The notes: a model not told the origin generated them from the sequence alone. DNA of 64,000 nucleotides from Gammaproteobacteria bacterium (GCA_965277715.1 OZ255836.1:3328001-3392000); one strand, 5' to 3'. Numbered from the stretch's first letter, positions 10,276 through 19,905 are shown. Numbers and translations are program-made.

Positions 10276-10653
10276 TGATAAACCTTCACTTAATCGCTGT
10301 ACAGCGAGTGTGTTGACAGCTTGTTGGCAGGACTGATCTGCACTCATTGTTTGGTATAAAAACAGCGATAAGGTGTCTAGAGGAGGATAGCGACGCGCTC
10401 GAAAATCCGGTTGTAATTCTTCCAGCTTCGTAAGTAACTGAGAGGATGTCAGCAAGTGATAAAAACTCAATGCATCCGAGGATTGAGTTCGGCTTTTGAT
10501 GCGACGTTGAAGAATGTTGACTTTTACATTACTCTGCATGATGGCTGGTTCCTGTGGGATAAAGGGTATTTGTGTTGGCAACAAATAACCTACCATAGAA
10601 CCAGCTTTTTTTGTAATTACTTCAAATACTTACAGCTTAATGAAGTGCCATTC
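10276..10653 (-). mobile_element. Left end and N-terminal transposase fragment of IS4-family element B
   Basis: IR GAATGGCACTTCATTAAG on minus strand; MQSNVK...FRARRYPPLDTLSLFLYQTMSADQSCQQAV (ATG 10539). Confidence 0.8.
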
Positions 10654-10671
10654 TGCCTTGACCCCTTTTTT

Positions 10672-11439
10672 CTCCACACACACAATTTTATCATGCAGAC
10701 AATCCGCTTTGGTAACGGCATTAAAACAAGCAAGGCCATCCGATATCACTGTTGTACCCGGTTCAATATGCTGCTTCGCCCACGCTTCAATCGCGTCACT
10801 ACGAAATCCCTCAACAACATTTAATTTTATGCGTATAGGTTGGCTGTTGGCTGTCGTTTCAACCGCCGCTACAAATGCTGTTTTCCCTTTTGCACCGCGT
10901 CCTCTCTTGCAACCTGAATGCTCACCCCCTAAATAAGCATCATCGAGTTCAACTAATCCTGATAACGGTTTTGATTCATCACGTTCATACATCACTTGCA
11001 TGATCTTGTGCTTTATATGCCAAGCGGCTTTATAGGAAATACCTAGATGCCTGTGTAACGCCATTGCAGACAGGCCTTTTTTATCTTGGGCAATCAAATA
11101 CAGTGCTTGAAACCAACAGGTTAACGGGCGTTTTGTGGCTTGAAAAATCGTACCGGCTGTAATCGATGTTTGGTGGTGGCAGCGATAGCACTGTTGGAGC
11201 TTACGTGTGGTTAATTGACACCCTTTATTATGTCCACAATTGGAACAGATAAACCCTTGGGGTCAGCGCCAATTGTAGCGTGCTGTAAAACACTGTTCCT
11301 CTGTGCCATAGGACTCAATGAAACGACTTAAGCTAAGGCCCATTTGAAACTGTACCGTATTGCGAGACATCATAAAAACCAATTAATTCAATAGCTTGTA
11401 TTTTATCATAGAGTAAGCTTAGCTTGGGTGGTAACTAGG
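10672..11439 (-). pseudogene. IS1595-family transposase, internal stop and 3'-truncated
   Basis: ATG 11370, Zn-ribbon, VELDDAYLGG, ISDG motifs; in-frame TGA near 11265; CCTAGTTACC end at 11439; cut at the TGACCCC motif. Confidence 0.85.
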
Positions 11440-11539
11440 AAATATTATGATCGATAATTTGGAAATTTATACGATTAGAAAATGGCACGCTACATTTTCA
11501 TCTTTTAAATAGTAAATAACTAGCCTGACCCCTTTTTCC

Positions 11540-12162
11540 ATCACCCTGGCCTCGGCATCCCGGTGGCGTTTTAGCTTAAACAATGCATCGCTACGGCCTG
11601 TGTGATAGTGGGCATTCTGGTGGTGAAGCATCAAGCCTTCACCGCCGTTGTCTACCAGTGTATCCAGTATCGCCATTAACGCCTTGTGACTGTCTACCCG
11701 AAACTGCTTTACTGCACGTAAATGCGGGTTATTGGCCACCTCGACGATATGATTAATTTTTTTAATGCGATCAGAAAAATTCCCCACAGCCCCCGGCAGT
11801 TCAAATACATAATAATTAACGAACCGCCATTCATCTTCGATAGGTGCACGTTTTTTAACGGTGCTGACAGTGCGCTCGAAACTGTTTCTGTCGATCCATA
11901 ATTCGCCGTCGAGTGGTGTGTTGGGGAAATTCCGGGTAAACCAATCCGGTGGGTAAAAGCGGTTGCCCTGTCTGGATACCAGGAATGTCCCGTTCCAATA
12001 GGCACGCACCCCGTCGAGTTTTTCGCTCACCCAGTAATCCTGTGCATTGACACCGGGGTGAAATTTTTTAGCGTGTATCAGTTCTGGGGCCGTGTTGGCC
12101 AGTGCTGTACCCAACAGCAGGGCATTGAATAGCACAGCGATGAGGCAATCAATCCTTTTCAT
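11540..12162 (-). pseudogene. Second DNA ligase copy lacking the C-terminal OB domain
   Basis: Nearly identical to copy 1 up to DAEARV, then reads into the GGGGTCAGG repeat. Confidence 0.9.
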
Positions 12163-12284
12163 GGTGCGTCCTTTGGTTCGGTTGCGTTGTGATAGGCACA
12201 CCATAATGCCATAGAACAATGAAAAATCCGAATTGTTGGCTACACTCAAGAGACACTTTGTTCCGGTTGGTAAGGGGAAAGCCT

Positions 12285-12821
12285 GTGAAAGGTATTGTGT
12301 TTACATTACTTAATGAAATGGTCGAAGAACAGTTTGGGCTTGAAGCGTGGGATCAATTAATTACCCAGTCGGGATCAGACGGTCTGTATATATCAACTGA
12401 GACGTATACCGATGAAGAACTGATGCGTTTGGTGGCGACAGCCAGTGAGATGACGGGTATCGCCGTAAATGACCTTGTCCGGGCATTTGGCACGTATATG
12501 TTTCCTCATTTTTACGCGAAATACCCGGTTTTTTTTAAACCCGATATGACGTTAAAATCTTTTCTATTAACCGTCGATAGGGTTATTCATGTCGAAGTGC
12601 GAAAACTGTACCCGGACGCTGGGCTGCCCAATTTTGACTATAAGGATGAGAACGATAACGAGTTGACGATGATCTACAGCTCACCGAGGAAGCTGTGTGC
12701 GTTGGCGGAAGGGTTGATTGCCGGAGCGGCCAAGCACTTTGGCACGCAATACACAATGGAACACACGGTTTGTATGCACAAGGGTGATGATTGTTGCCAT
12801 TTGAAAATGACTCTGGGGTAA
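12285..12821 (+). CDS. H-NOX protein, copy 2
   Basis: One aa difference from copy 1 (FGAY vs FGTY). Confidence 0.9.
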   Translation: MKGIVFTLLNEMVEEQFGLEAWDQLITQSGSDGLYISTETYTDEELMRLVATASEMTGIAVNDLVRAFGTYMFPHFYAKYPVFFKPDMTLKSFLLTVDRVIHVEVRKLYPDAGLPNFDYKDENDNELTMIYSSPRKLCALAEGLIAGAAKHFGTQYTMEHTVCMHKGDDCCHLKMTLG

Positions 12822-12828
12822 GTGAACG

Positions 12829-13788
12829 GTGGAAATTGCTACACTACAGCGCGCTTATGAGCGGGAGAAGGCCAAGAGGGTGCAAGCGGAATCATTGTTG
12901 GAGGATAAGTCGCGTGAGCTGTTCCTTTCTTACGAGGCGTTACAAAAATCCCACAATGAAATAAAGCAGGCTCACGAGGAATTAATACTCAAGCAGAAGC
13001 AGTTGGTTCAATCTGAAAAGATGGCCTCGCTGGGTATTATTTCAGCGGGTGTCGCCCACGAGATAAACAACCCGATTGGGTTTGTGCTGAGTAATATTGT
13101 TACGCTTGGCGAAAATGTTGCTGTATTTACTACGCTTTGCGAAAAGCTTGGTGTGCTTATTGACAAATGCAATGCCGGAGAGACAGTGGCTGAGGCGATT
13201 AATGCGCTGGCTGCATTTTCCGAACAGGAGGATTTGGCATTTCTTATTGAGGATGGCCAAACACTGATCGATGAAACCACAGAGGGTATTGTGCGTGTGC
13301 GCGATATTGTTGCCGGGTTAAAATCTTTTGCGCGTGTTGATACCGGGGAAAAAGAAAGTGCGAATATTAACGAATGCATCGAGTCCACGTTAAAAATACT
13401 GGGTAATCAGACAAAATATACCTGCACGGTGGAAAAACAATTAGGTGATATTCCTGTTATTCACTGTTTTCCCGGTAAGCTTAATCAGGTGTTTATGAAT
13501 CTTATTGTTAATGCAGTGCACGCTGTCGGTGATGGCGGGGTGATTCGCATTGCGTCGGTATGGGAAAATAATCAGGTGGTTATTAGGATTGCTGATAATG
13601 GTAAGGGGATTCCGGCTGAAAATATCCCCAATCTGTTTACGCCGTTTTTTACCACTAAACCGGTTGGGGAGGGGACGGGGCTTGGGCTGTCGATATCAAT
13701 GGGGATTGTTGAAGAGCATGGTGGTGCTATTGATGTTAACAGTGAGGTGGGTAAAGGTACGGTATTTACTGTAAGGCTGCCTGGTTGA
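12829..13788 (+). CDS. Histidine kinase, copy 2
   Basis: Protein identical to 9098-10057. Confidence 0.9.
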   Translation: MEIATLQRAYEREKAKRVQAESLLEDKSRELFLSYEALQKSHNEIKQAHEELILKQKQLVQSEKMASLGIISAGVAHEINNPIGFVLSNIVTLGENVAVFTTLCEKLGVLIDKCNAGETVAEAINALAAFSEQEDLAFLIEDGQTLIDETTEGIVRVRDIVAGLKSFARVDTGEKESANINECIESTLKILGNQTKYTCTVEKQLGDIPVIHCFPGKLNQVFMNLIVNAVHAVGDGGVIRIASVWENNQVVIRIADNGKGIPAENIPNLFTPFFTTKPVGEGTGLGLSISMGIVEEHGGAIDVNSEVGKGTVFTVRLPG

Positions 13789-13822
13789 TTATTTAGGGGG
13801 GCTTTCAATTATGATGTTTCAC

Positions 13823-14384
13823 CACTGCTGTCCCGTTAACTTTCATAGTAACTTCATTTGATTAATATCAGGCATACCATCTTGTATTGGATCACCACGG
13901 AGTAATGCCATGAAGTTATGCCTTGGCGTCAGGCTTTGGCAGCGTTGCAGTAATCTCCCAAAGCGTGCCTCGTATAATTCGCATGGCTTGTTCTCATTTT
14001 ACCCACTGATAAACCTTCACTTAATCGCTGTACAGCGAGTGTGTTGACAGCTTGTTGGCAGGACTGATCTGCACTCATTGTTTGGTATAAAAACAGCGAT
14101 AAGGTGTCTAGAGGAGGATAGCGACGCGCTCGAAAATCCGGTTGTAATTCTTCCAGTTTCGTAAGTAACTGAGAGGATGTCAGCAAGTGATAAAAACTCA
14201 ATGCATCCGAGGATTGAGCTCGGCTTTTGATGCGACGTTGAAGAATGTTGACTTTTACATTACTCTGCATGATAGCTGGTTCCTGTGGGATAAAGGGTAT
14301 TTGTGTTGGCAATAAATAACCTACCATAGAACCAGCTTTTTTTGTAATTACTTCAAATACTTACAGCTTAAGGAAGTGCCATTC
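13823..14384 (-). mobile_element. Duplicated IS4 remnants (element C right end plus element B left end)
   Basis: Copy of 10092-10653. Confidence 0.8.
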
Positions 14385-14404
14385 AGGATTGACCCCTTTT
14401 TTCT

Positions 14405-14472
14405 TTGCCGTAAAAACGCTGTATATCCTCATTAACCCCTTGGTCTACATAGTCTGTGTAACGTTGACAGTT
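14405..14472 (-). pseudogene. About 70-bp internal fragment of the RAYT-like gene
   Basis: Reverse complement matches about 19410-19476 (TGTCAACGTTACACAGACTATGTAGACCAAGGGGTT...). Confidence 0.85.
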
Positions 14473-14475
14473 TCA

Positions 14476-14937
14476 TTACTTTGACTTGGCAACTAATACA
14501 CCAAGGCCAACAATTATTGCACCTACGATAACCCCTACCCAAAACTTGTCCACTTTTATTTTTTCTGAAATAACCTCTATTTTTTGATGTAGCAACTCAG
14601 GGGCGGAATTTATGTCTATTGCTTGGTGGTTGCCTACCCATCCGGGTAATTCTTCAGGGGTAATATCTATTAGTACTGGGATGATGTTTTTTTCTTGAAT
14701 TAGAGATGCCCCAAGTTCTTGCTGGACAGCAGCTGATTTTATTGAGCTTTTAGTTGCTAAAAAGAACACCCATTTAGCTTCATCTAAATGTTTGAATACT
14801 GCGTCAGTCCAGTTACTACCTGGCTTGATAGATATACCAGCTAAGAAAGTATCGATGCCAGCCATTGATGTCATGGTATGTAAATTTTTAGCTAGAGATT
14901 CATCTTTTACCGAATAACTAATAAATGCTGTTGCCAT
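14476..14937 (-). CDS. TIR-domain protein with C-terminal membrane helix (cassette gene)
   Basis: AFISYS...PGSNW...SAAVQQELG; hydrophobic tail FWVGVIVGAIIVGLGVLVA. Confidence 0.85.
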   Translation of the reverse strand: MATAFISYSVKDESLAKNLHTMTSMAGIDTFLAGISIKPGSNWTDAVFKHLDEAKWVFFLATKSSIKSAAVQQELGASLIQEKNIIPVLIDITPEELPGWVGNHQAIDINSAPELLHQKIEVISEKIKVDKFWVGVIVGAIIVGLGVLVAKSK

Positions 14938-14962
14938 GTGATGCCCTTATTTTGTTGAAGAA

Positions 14963-15010
14963 ATATAACGCTGCGTTCACCGGCTTGTCCGGTGCAACGC
15001 CTTGTTATAC
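14963..15010 (-). other. attC site (short)
   Basis: Minus strand GTATAAC-AAGGCGTTGCACCGGACAAGCCGGTGAACGCAGC-GTTATAT, imperfect palindrome right after the HEPN stop. Confidence 0.8.
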
Positions 15011-15012
15011 TA

Positions 15013-15519
15013 TTATCTGGTCATGGTCTCAGCAAGACAATGGATTACCTCTTTTCCATCCTCATAAGCCTGAACCACCTCTCTGTATGTGGTAATTGAA
15101 TTGATTTTCCCTTCATGAGCAAAGTCGTTTCGCCAAGTGATTAAATTCGCATATGAGTTTGCTAAGTCTCTCTTATTTGTAACCAAGTAGGATTTAGAGG
15201 CCTTACCGAGTTTTCTCTTAAACCTTTTTTGATACTTATCGCCAAACTTTGAGATATATTCATCACGGATGACGTTTATTTTTATTTTCCCATTTATCCT
15301 ATGAAAATATGCTTCTGTAAAGTTGCCCAGCACCTTGTGCTTTCTTTGTGAAAAATTAATAAATATTTCTTTTACTGCTTGTTCATATACAGTAACAGCA
15401 GCGACTGACACAAAGCCTACATATTTGGCTTGCAATAGCGAGTCAGTAATGGATGGCATTACTGTATCAAGGTGCGTAATGACATCATCAGCATGCTGAA
15501 AATGATCTACGTAACTCAT
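15013..15519 (-). CDS. HEPN-domain protein (putative RNase)
   Basis: RNDFAH (Rx4H) motif; abuts the DUF262 gene. Confidence 0.8.
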   Translation of the reverse strand: MSYVDHFQHADDVITHLDTVMPSITDSLLQAKYVGFVSVAAVTVYEQAVKEIFINFSQRKHKVLGNFTEAYFHRINGKIKINVIRDEYISKFGDKYQKRFKRKLGKASKSYLVTNKRDLANSYANLITWRNDFAHEGKINSITTYREVVQAYEDGKEVIHCLAETMTR

Positions 15520-16605
15520 TTAGCCACCAAATAAAACGCATTTAACACGTTTCGTTCTGCTACTAACTGTTTTAATATCTGTAGTATTCACGCTTGTATC
15601 TTCTAAAAATTTTTCATCAACAATAAGTTTATTAAATCTTTCTGAAAGACTGAATTTAGATAGTTTGGAGTGGTTTTCAATCATTACAGACATAACAGAA
15701 TCCAAAGCAGAAATGTTAATTGGACCTCTTAAATTGAATGGTTTTTCTCCTAACTCAGAAATTATTTGCTCCGTGACTTCAGGAAATATCTTTAGAAAAT
15801 TAACCACTTTTTTAGTATTACCGCCTTGATGCTTCTTCATTGCCTTATTGAGATATTCTTTCATCGGCTTTTCGTATCCACCTTGTGAGCCAACAAGAGA
15901 AAATATCCTTAACAAAAGTTCGACATCTTTTTGGTGTTTATCTAGATTTTTCCTACCCAGGATCAAACGCCAGTTTGGATCTCTATTAGCTTCTTTTAAT
16001 AGACTGCTAAATTTACCTCGGAACACGCAGTTGCGAATCTCTTGAGGTTTTAACGGAGTTCCGCCAGTATTCAACCTTTCAAATATATGATAAGCACTGG
16101 TGCTCTCTCCAATCGGATTGAGCTGCCTAATATTAATGGCTCGCAATACTGCTTGTTTCAACTTCCTTTGGTCTGACTCACCCAAGTCTTCAAATTTTTT
16201 ACCATTGTAAGGATTGCCATCGCCAAGCCCTGAGAGTCTAAAAACCTGCCGTTTACCATGTGTACTTTCTTTTCCAAAGTATCCTTCCATAAAAAAAACG
16301 ATACTTAAAATCCTCTGCTGTCCATCAATAACAGAATTCATACTATTCTCGTCAATGTAGAAAAATACAGGCGGTACAGGTAGTCCGGCTAAAAAGGAAT
16401 CTACTAAAAGAGATGATTGCTTTATTCCCCAGACAAACTCGCGTTGGTAGTCCGGAATTTCAATATCTCCATCTTTCCACATCTGAGCAATACCGGATAA
16501 TGTATAGTCTGATGGGTAGCTTGCAATATCGTATTGAACCGTAACCGCATCCTCATCTTCTTCCACTTCGGTAGCTACGTCATCTTCCGCGAATTTTAAA
16601 TTCAT
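15520..16605 (-). CDS. DUF262 (ParB-like/GmrS-like) domain protein
   Basis: PDYQREFVW, IDGQQR, FERLNTGG motifs. Confidence 0.88.
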   Translation of the reverse strand: MNLKFAEDDVATEVEEDEDAVTVQYDIASYPSDYTLSGIAQMWKDGDIEIPDYQREFVWGIKQSSLLVDSFLAGLPVPPVFFYIDENSMNSVIDGQQRILSIVFFMEGYFGKESTHGKRQVFRLSGLGDGNPYNGKKFEDLGESDQRKLKQAVLRAINIRQLNPIGESTSAYHIFERLNTGGTPLKPQEIRNCVFRGKFSSLLKEANRDPNWRLILGRKNLDKHQKDVELLLRIFSLVGSQGGYEKPMKEYLNKAMKKHQGGNTKKVVNFLKIFPEVTEQIISELGEKPFNLRGPINISALDSVMSVMIENHSKLSKFSLSERFNKLIVDEKFLEDTSVNTTDIKTVSSRTKRVKCVLFGG

Positions 16606-16645
16606 ATATATAACTTATTAAAAAAATTTCTTAATCGAACCGTAA

Positions 16646-16707
16646 GCATAACGCCTACCATCAGCGGCGCGCACCTTTGGCGCGTCCGCTGGATGGTTTT
16701 GTTAGGG
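16646..16707 (-). other. attC site
   Basis: Minus strand CCCTAAC-AAAACCATCCAGCGGACGCGCC...GCGCGCCGCTGATGGTAGGC-GTTATGC. Confidence 0.88.
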
Positions 16708-18065
16708 CCTGATTTCAACTGCAAGAACACCACCATCAACTCGAGACGTGACTTGGCCGACATTTGGATTAGCATGGCTTATTGCTAGCGACTCTACCAA
16801 TTTGCTGCCTTTCATCTTGTTGACTTGAACGGAGTATCTTTCTTTCGGTTGATGTAATCCAGGTGGTGTGGCTAGGTTAAAAGAAAACGAAAGTTCTCCT
16901 GGGATGCCATTTTTTGAAACTTGGACAGGGCTAGTGTTTGTGTTTGGTAGGACTCTTTTCTTATTAGCGTTATATTGTAATTTAGCCAGCCTCTGCCCTT
17001 ACAACCTAACCAGGTTTTAAACGGGCCCCGGATGGCGCCACAACCACCAACCTTACCTCTCGCTAATACACAACGATTTCCGCTTGGTACCGTACCTTCA
17101 AAAGCAGAATGGCAGCTTTCGCCGGTTACTGAGACATCTGCTCTGATCAATGTTCCAGGGCCACTAATACACCATTCGCGGTCTACCCTATAGCTATCAT
17201 CACATATGCTACTTCCAGTATTTGCAAAAGGCTGTACTGGCTCTGCTACCTCTCTAAATGCTGTGTGCTCTACATGAGTAGAACCTGAAAGCTCATAGCG
17301 AAAAGGGGGTTCAAGAACAGTCAAACCAATTGGGCTTGAGCTAGCTGTGGCTGTATTTTCATGGCAACCGAGAACCCCCCATAACCACAAAGAACGGCTT
17401 ATTTCTTCAAGATTATCTACTTTAACGCTAACAATAACGTCGTTTTGATCTGCGGATTCCACTACAGATTTCGATATCTCAACAGATATTGCTGAGTCAA
17501 GGCGTTCAATAATTCTTGCCTCTATACCATTGACCAAAACCTTTAGGTTTTCTCCTTGGCGTAAAAAATTACCTTTTAGTGTTAATTTAGGAATGTCTTG
17601 GCCCACTTGTAATGTTGGAGGAAAGGAAGCAACAACTCTCGGCTTAGAATCTCTGCAAGGTAACGAATAACTTGTGTTGTATGCCAATATGTCCGCATCG
17701 ACTATAGTTGTTCTTGCTTCTTCACCAGCTTTCGCAATTATTTTCTGAGTTGCGACTTTCATGGTTCGAGTTAACTCTTGAGCATCTTCTACTAGCCTTA
17801 ATTCTGCCCCTTCGAGTTTATCTACAGTGTATTCCAGTTTGTGACCTAGCATTCTGTCAATGTCAGCTAGTACATTTTGCGCATTAGCCTGTAATGAGTT
17901 TCCTATGCTTTGAATGTCTTCGGTTCCTTCGTACATTGCTTCTCGAAATGACTCTATAAATCCTTCCAAAGTACTTTTTATAGCTAGAATAGTCAGAGGT
18001 TCCGCGGATACGGTATTTGAAGCCATTAATGTAATAGCGCAGATAAATAGACGTAATTTTTTCAT
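16702..18065 (-). pseudogene. Secreted hypothetical cassette protein with a frameshift near 16945
   Basis: Signal peptide; track ORF stops at 16872 but an alternative frame runs ...TNTSPVQVSKNGIPGE...VLAVEIRP* to the TAA in the attC core. Confidence 0.7.
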
Positions 18066-18339
18066 TTGATCATTTCTACTTTGGTTTTTTTATTACCCTA
18101 ACAGTATTTTACAAAGGCCAAAGACCTCTGTAACATTATTATGAGGTGACCTCTTAATTCTTCCCAAGTATTGAGAAATTTTTGTAAGTGGCTGATTCAT
18201 ATCACTATATTTTTCTCATTTTGATACTAAAAACAATACAGAAGTCTTTGATATTTAGTATTATTGTTTTTTAGCTACAGTTAGAGTAGCAGAAAATTTC
18301 AGGGGCAGCCAATTTTAATTAATTTTTTTAATTCTTAAC

Positions 18340-18490
18340 CTTGAAAGCGATGGTATCGACTACGCTATTGCTGGTGACTATGCTGTAGCGTTACACGGGG
18401 TTATCCGTGGCACGATTTCGGCAGGCGTTGGCAAACCATGATCAGAATATCGAGGACATAAAGACCTTACGTTTGCTGAAAGAAGACGAT
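18340..18490 (+). pseudogene. Nucleotidyltransferase-like gene remnant
   Basis: ESDGIDYAIAGDYAVALHGVIRGT fragment and ...QNIEDIK... tail. Confidence 0.45.
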
Positions 18491-18510
18491 GAAAACAAAA
18501 AGAACAAAAA

Positions 18511-18850
18511 GGGGTCAATCGTATTTAATATTTTTCAAACGGTTGCAAACCTGCTCAAACACGCCCTTCAAGCCGCCGTCTGACAGCCCACTCTTTACAT
18601 AATCAATTGCAGGAGAAAGGCTACTAACACGACTATATCCAAACATATCAACCAGCGTTTTTAACGGCATATCCCCCAATTGCTGACAACAATATATCGC
18701 TACTTTACGAGGCAGATTCGCCCGTTGTCTCCCCCGCTGTCGCGTAAGTACATCACTCGCGTTAACGCCAAACACCGCTGCCACTGCATCGACTATAGCT
18801 GCACCCTTTGGCTTGTTCGTCACAATATGGGACAAGTCCCCCGATATGTG
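18511..18850 (-). pseudogene. C-terminal part of a second, divergent RAYT-like transposase with its terminal repeat
   Basis: RANLPRKVAIYCCQQLGDMPLK homologous to the 19.6-19.8 kb region; stop codon inside ATTGACCCC. Confidence 0.8.
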
Positions 18851-18855
18851 GAAAA

Positions 18856-19882
18856 GGGGTCAGGCTAGTTATTTATCATAGATTATGTCAATATCACCCC
18901 ATGCCAAGACCTCACCGCATAGAATATGAAAACGCCTTCTACCATATAATAAACCGTGGTCGGGAGCGTAAGACGGTTTTTCATAGCGAAGCTTACTACC
19001 AAGCGTTTCTCGCCACATTGACCGAAGCCGCAGAGCGTTTTCACGCCGTGATTCACGCTTATTGCCTAATGGGCAATCACTACCACCTACTGCTGGAAAC
19101 ACCTGATGCTAACCTCAGTCGCATTATGCAGCATATCGATGGTGTCTATACACAGCGTTATAACCGCCTTAAAAAAACGGATGGTTCTCAGTTTAGAGGG
19201 CGATTTAAAGCCATCAATGTCGATGAAGATGCGTATCTATTACCCCTGTCTCGCTATATACATAGAAACCCCATTGAGACTAAACGACCTCTGGTTCAAT
19301 CGCTAAAGAACTATTCCTGGTCTAGTTACCCGGCTTACATAGGAAAAGCATTGAGCCCTACTTGGTTGTGTCGTGATCGTGTTTATGCCTGTTTACCGGT
19401 GAAAAACGACTGTCAACGTTACACAGACTATGTAGACCAAGGGGTTGATGAGGATATACAGCGCTTTTACGGCAAAAATAACCTATCGACGGTGTTAGGT
19501 GACAAGGTGTTCCGCTCACAGTTGGCCGAGTACAAAGAAAGCCAGAGTGGCGTTGATGTGCGGCCCCAATTGCGGGAAAAGGTAGCCAGCAGTGTGATAG
19601 TAAAAACGGTGGCAAATTGTTGCCGAGTGAGTGAAGGCAGTGTTTCGGGTAGTCAAGGTAAGGGGGGTAGCGCGAACATTCCCCGCAAATTGGCCATGTA
19701 CTACTGCCAGCGGTTTGGTGATATGTCGTTAAAGGCGATTACTCAACATTTTGGGTTAAGTCACCCTGGTGGTGTGTCGAGTGCAATAGCTCACGTCAAG
19801 AAGGCGCTGGACAAGGGAGAACTTAAAGAGGTGATGCATCAAATTGAAAATCAGTTGAATAGTAAATAACTTGCCTGACCCC
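18856..19882 (+). mobile_element. Inverted-repeat-bounded RAYT-like element
   Basis: GGGGTCAGGCTAGTTATTTA ... TAAATAACTTGCCTGACCCC (19/20 inverted match). Confidence 0.9.
18901..19869 (+). CDS. HUH Y1 transposase (RAYT/TnpA-REP-like) with C-terminal DnaA_C-like HTH
   Basis: MPRPHR...YHIINRG, YCLMGNHYHLL (HUH), RYIHRNP (catalytic Tyr), WSSY. Confidence 0.92.
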   Translation: MPRPHRIEYENAFYHIINRGRERKTVFHSEAYYQAFLATLTEAAERFHAVIHAYCLMGNHYHLLLETPDANLSRIMQHIDGVYTQRYNRLKKTDGSQFRGRFKAINVDEDAYLLPLSRYIHRNPIETKRPLVQSLKNYSWSSYPAYIGKALSPTWLCRDRVYACLPVKNDCQRYTDYVDQGVDEDIQRFYGKNNLSTVLGDKVFRSQLAEYKESQSGVDVRPQLREKVASSVIVKTVANCCRVSEGSVSGSQGKGGSANIPRKLAMYYCQRFGDMSLKAITQHFGLSHPGGVSSAIAHVKKALDKGELKEVMHQIENQLNSK

Positions 19883-19905
19883 TTTCTTAGCGGGTCAATA
19901 TATGA

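Larger units (their letters stand above)
7809..10653. repeat. Copy 1 of a 2845-bp direct duplication (partial ligase, H-NOX, HK, IS ends)
   Basis: Near-identical to 11540-14384 at offset 3731. Confidence 0.95.
11540..14384. repeat. Copy 2 of the 2845-bp duplication
   Basis: Begins right after AATAACTAGCCTGACCCCTTTTTCC; ends at IS4 IR. Confidence 0.95.

Noticed and set aside
10198-10596. 132-aa ORF (and 13929-14327) as a real gene
   Set aside because: Chimera of an IS4-B N-terminus with out-of-frame sequence of another IS remnant
18808-18900. Extended N-terminus of the RAYT ORF
   Set aside because: Crosses the terminal repeat; the MPR start at 18901 matches the family and the other copies
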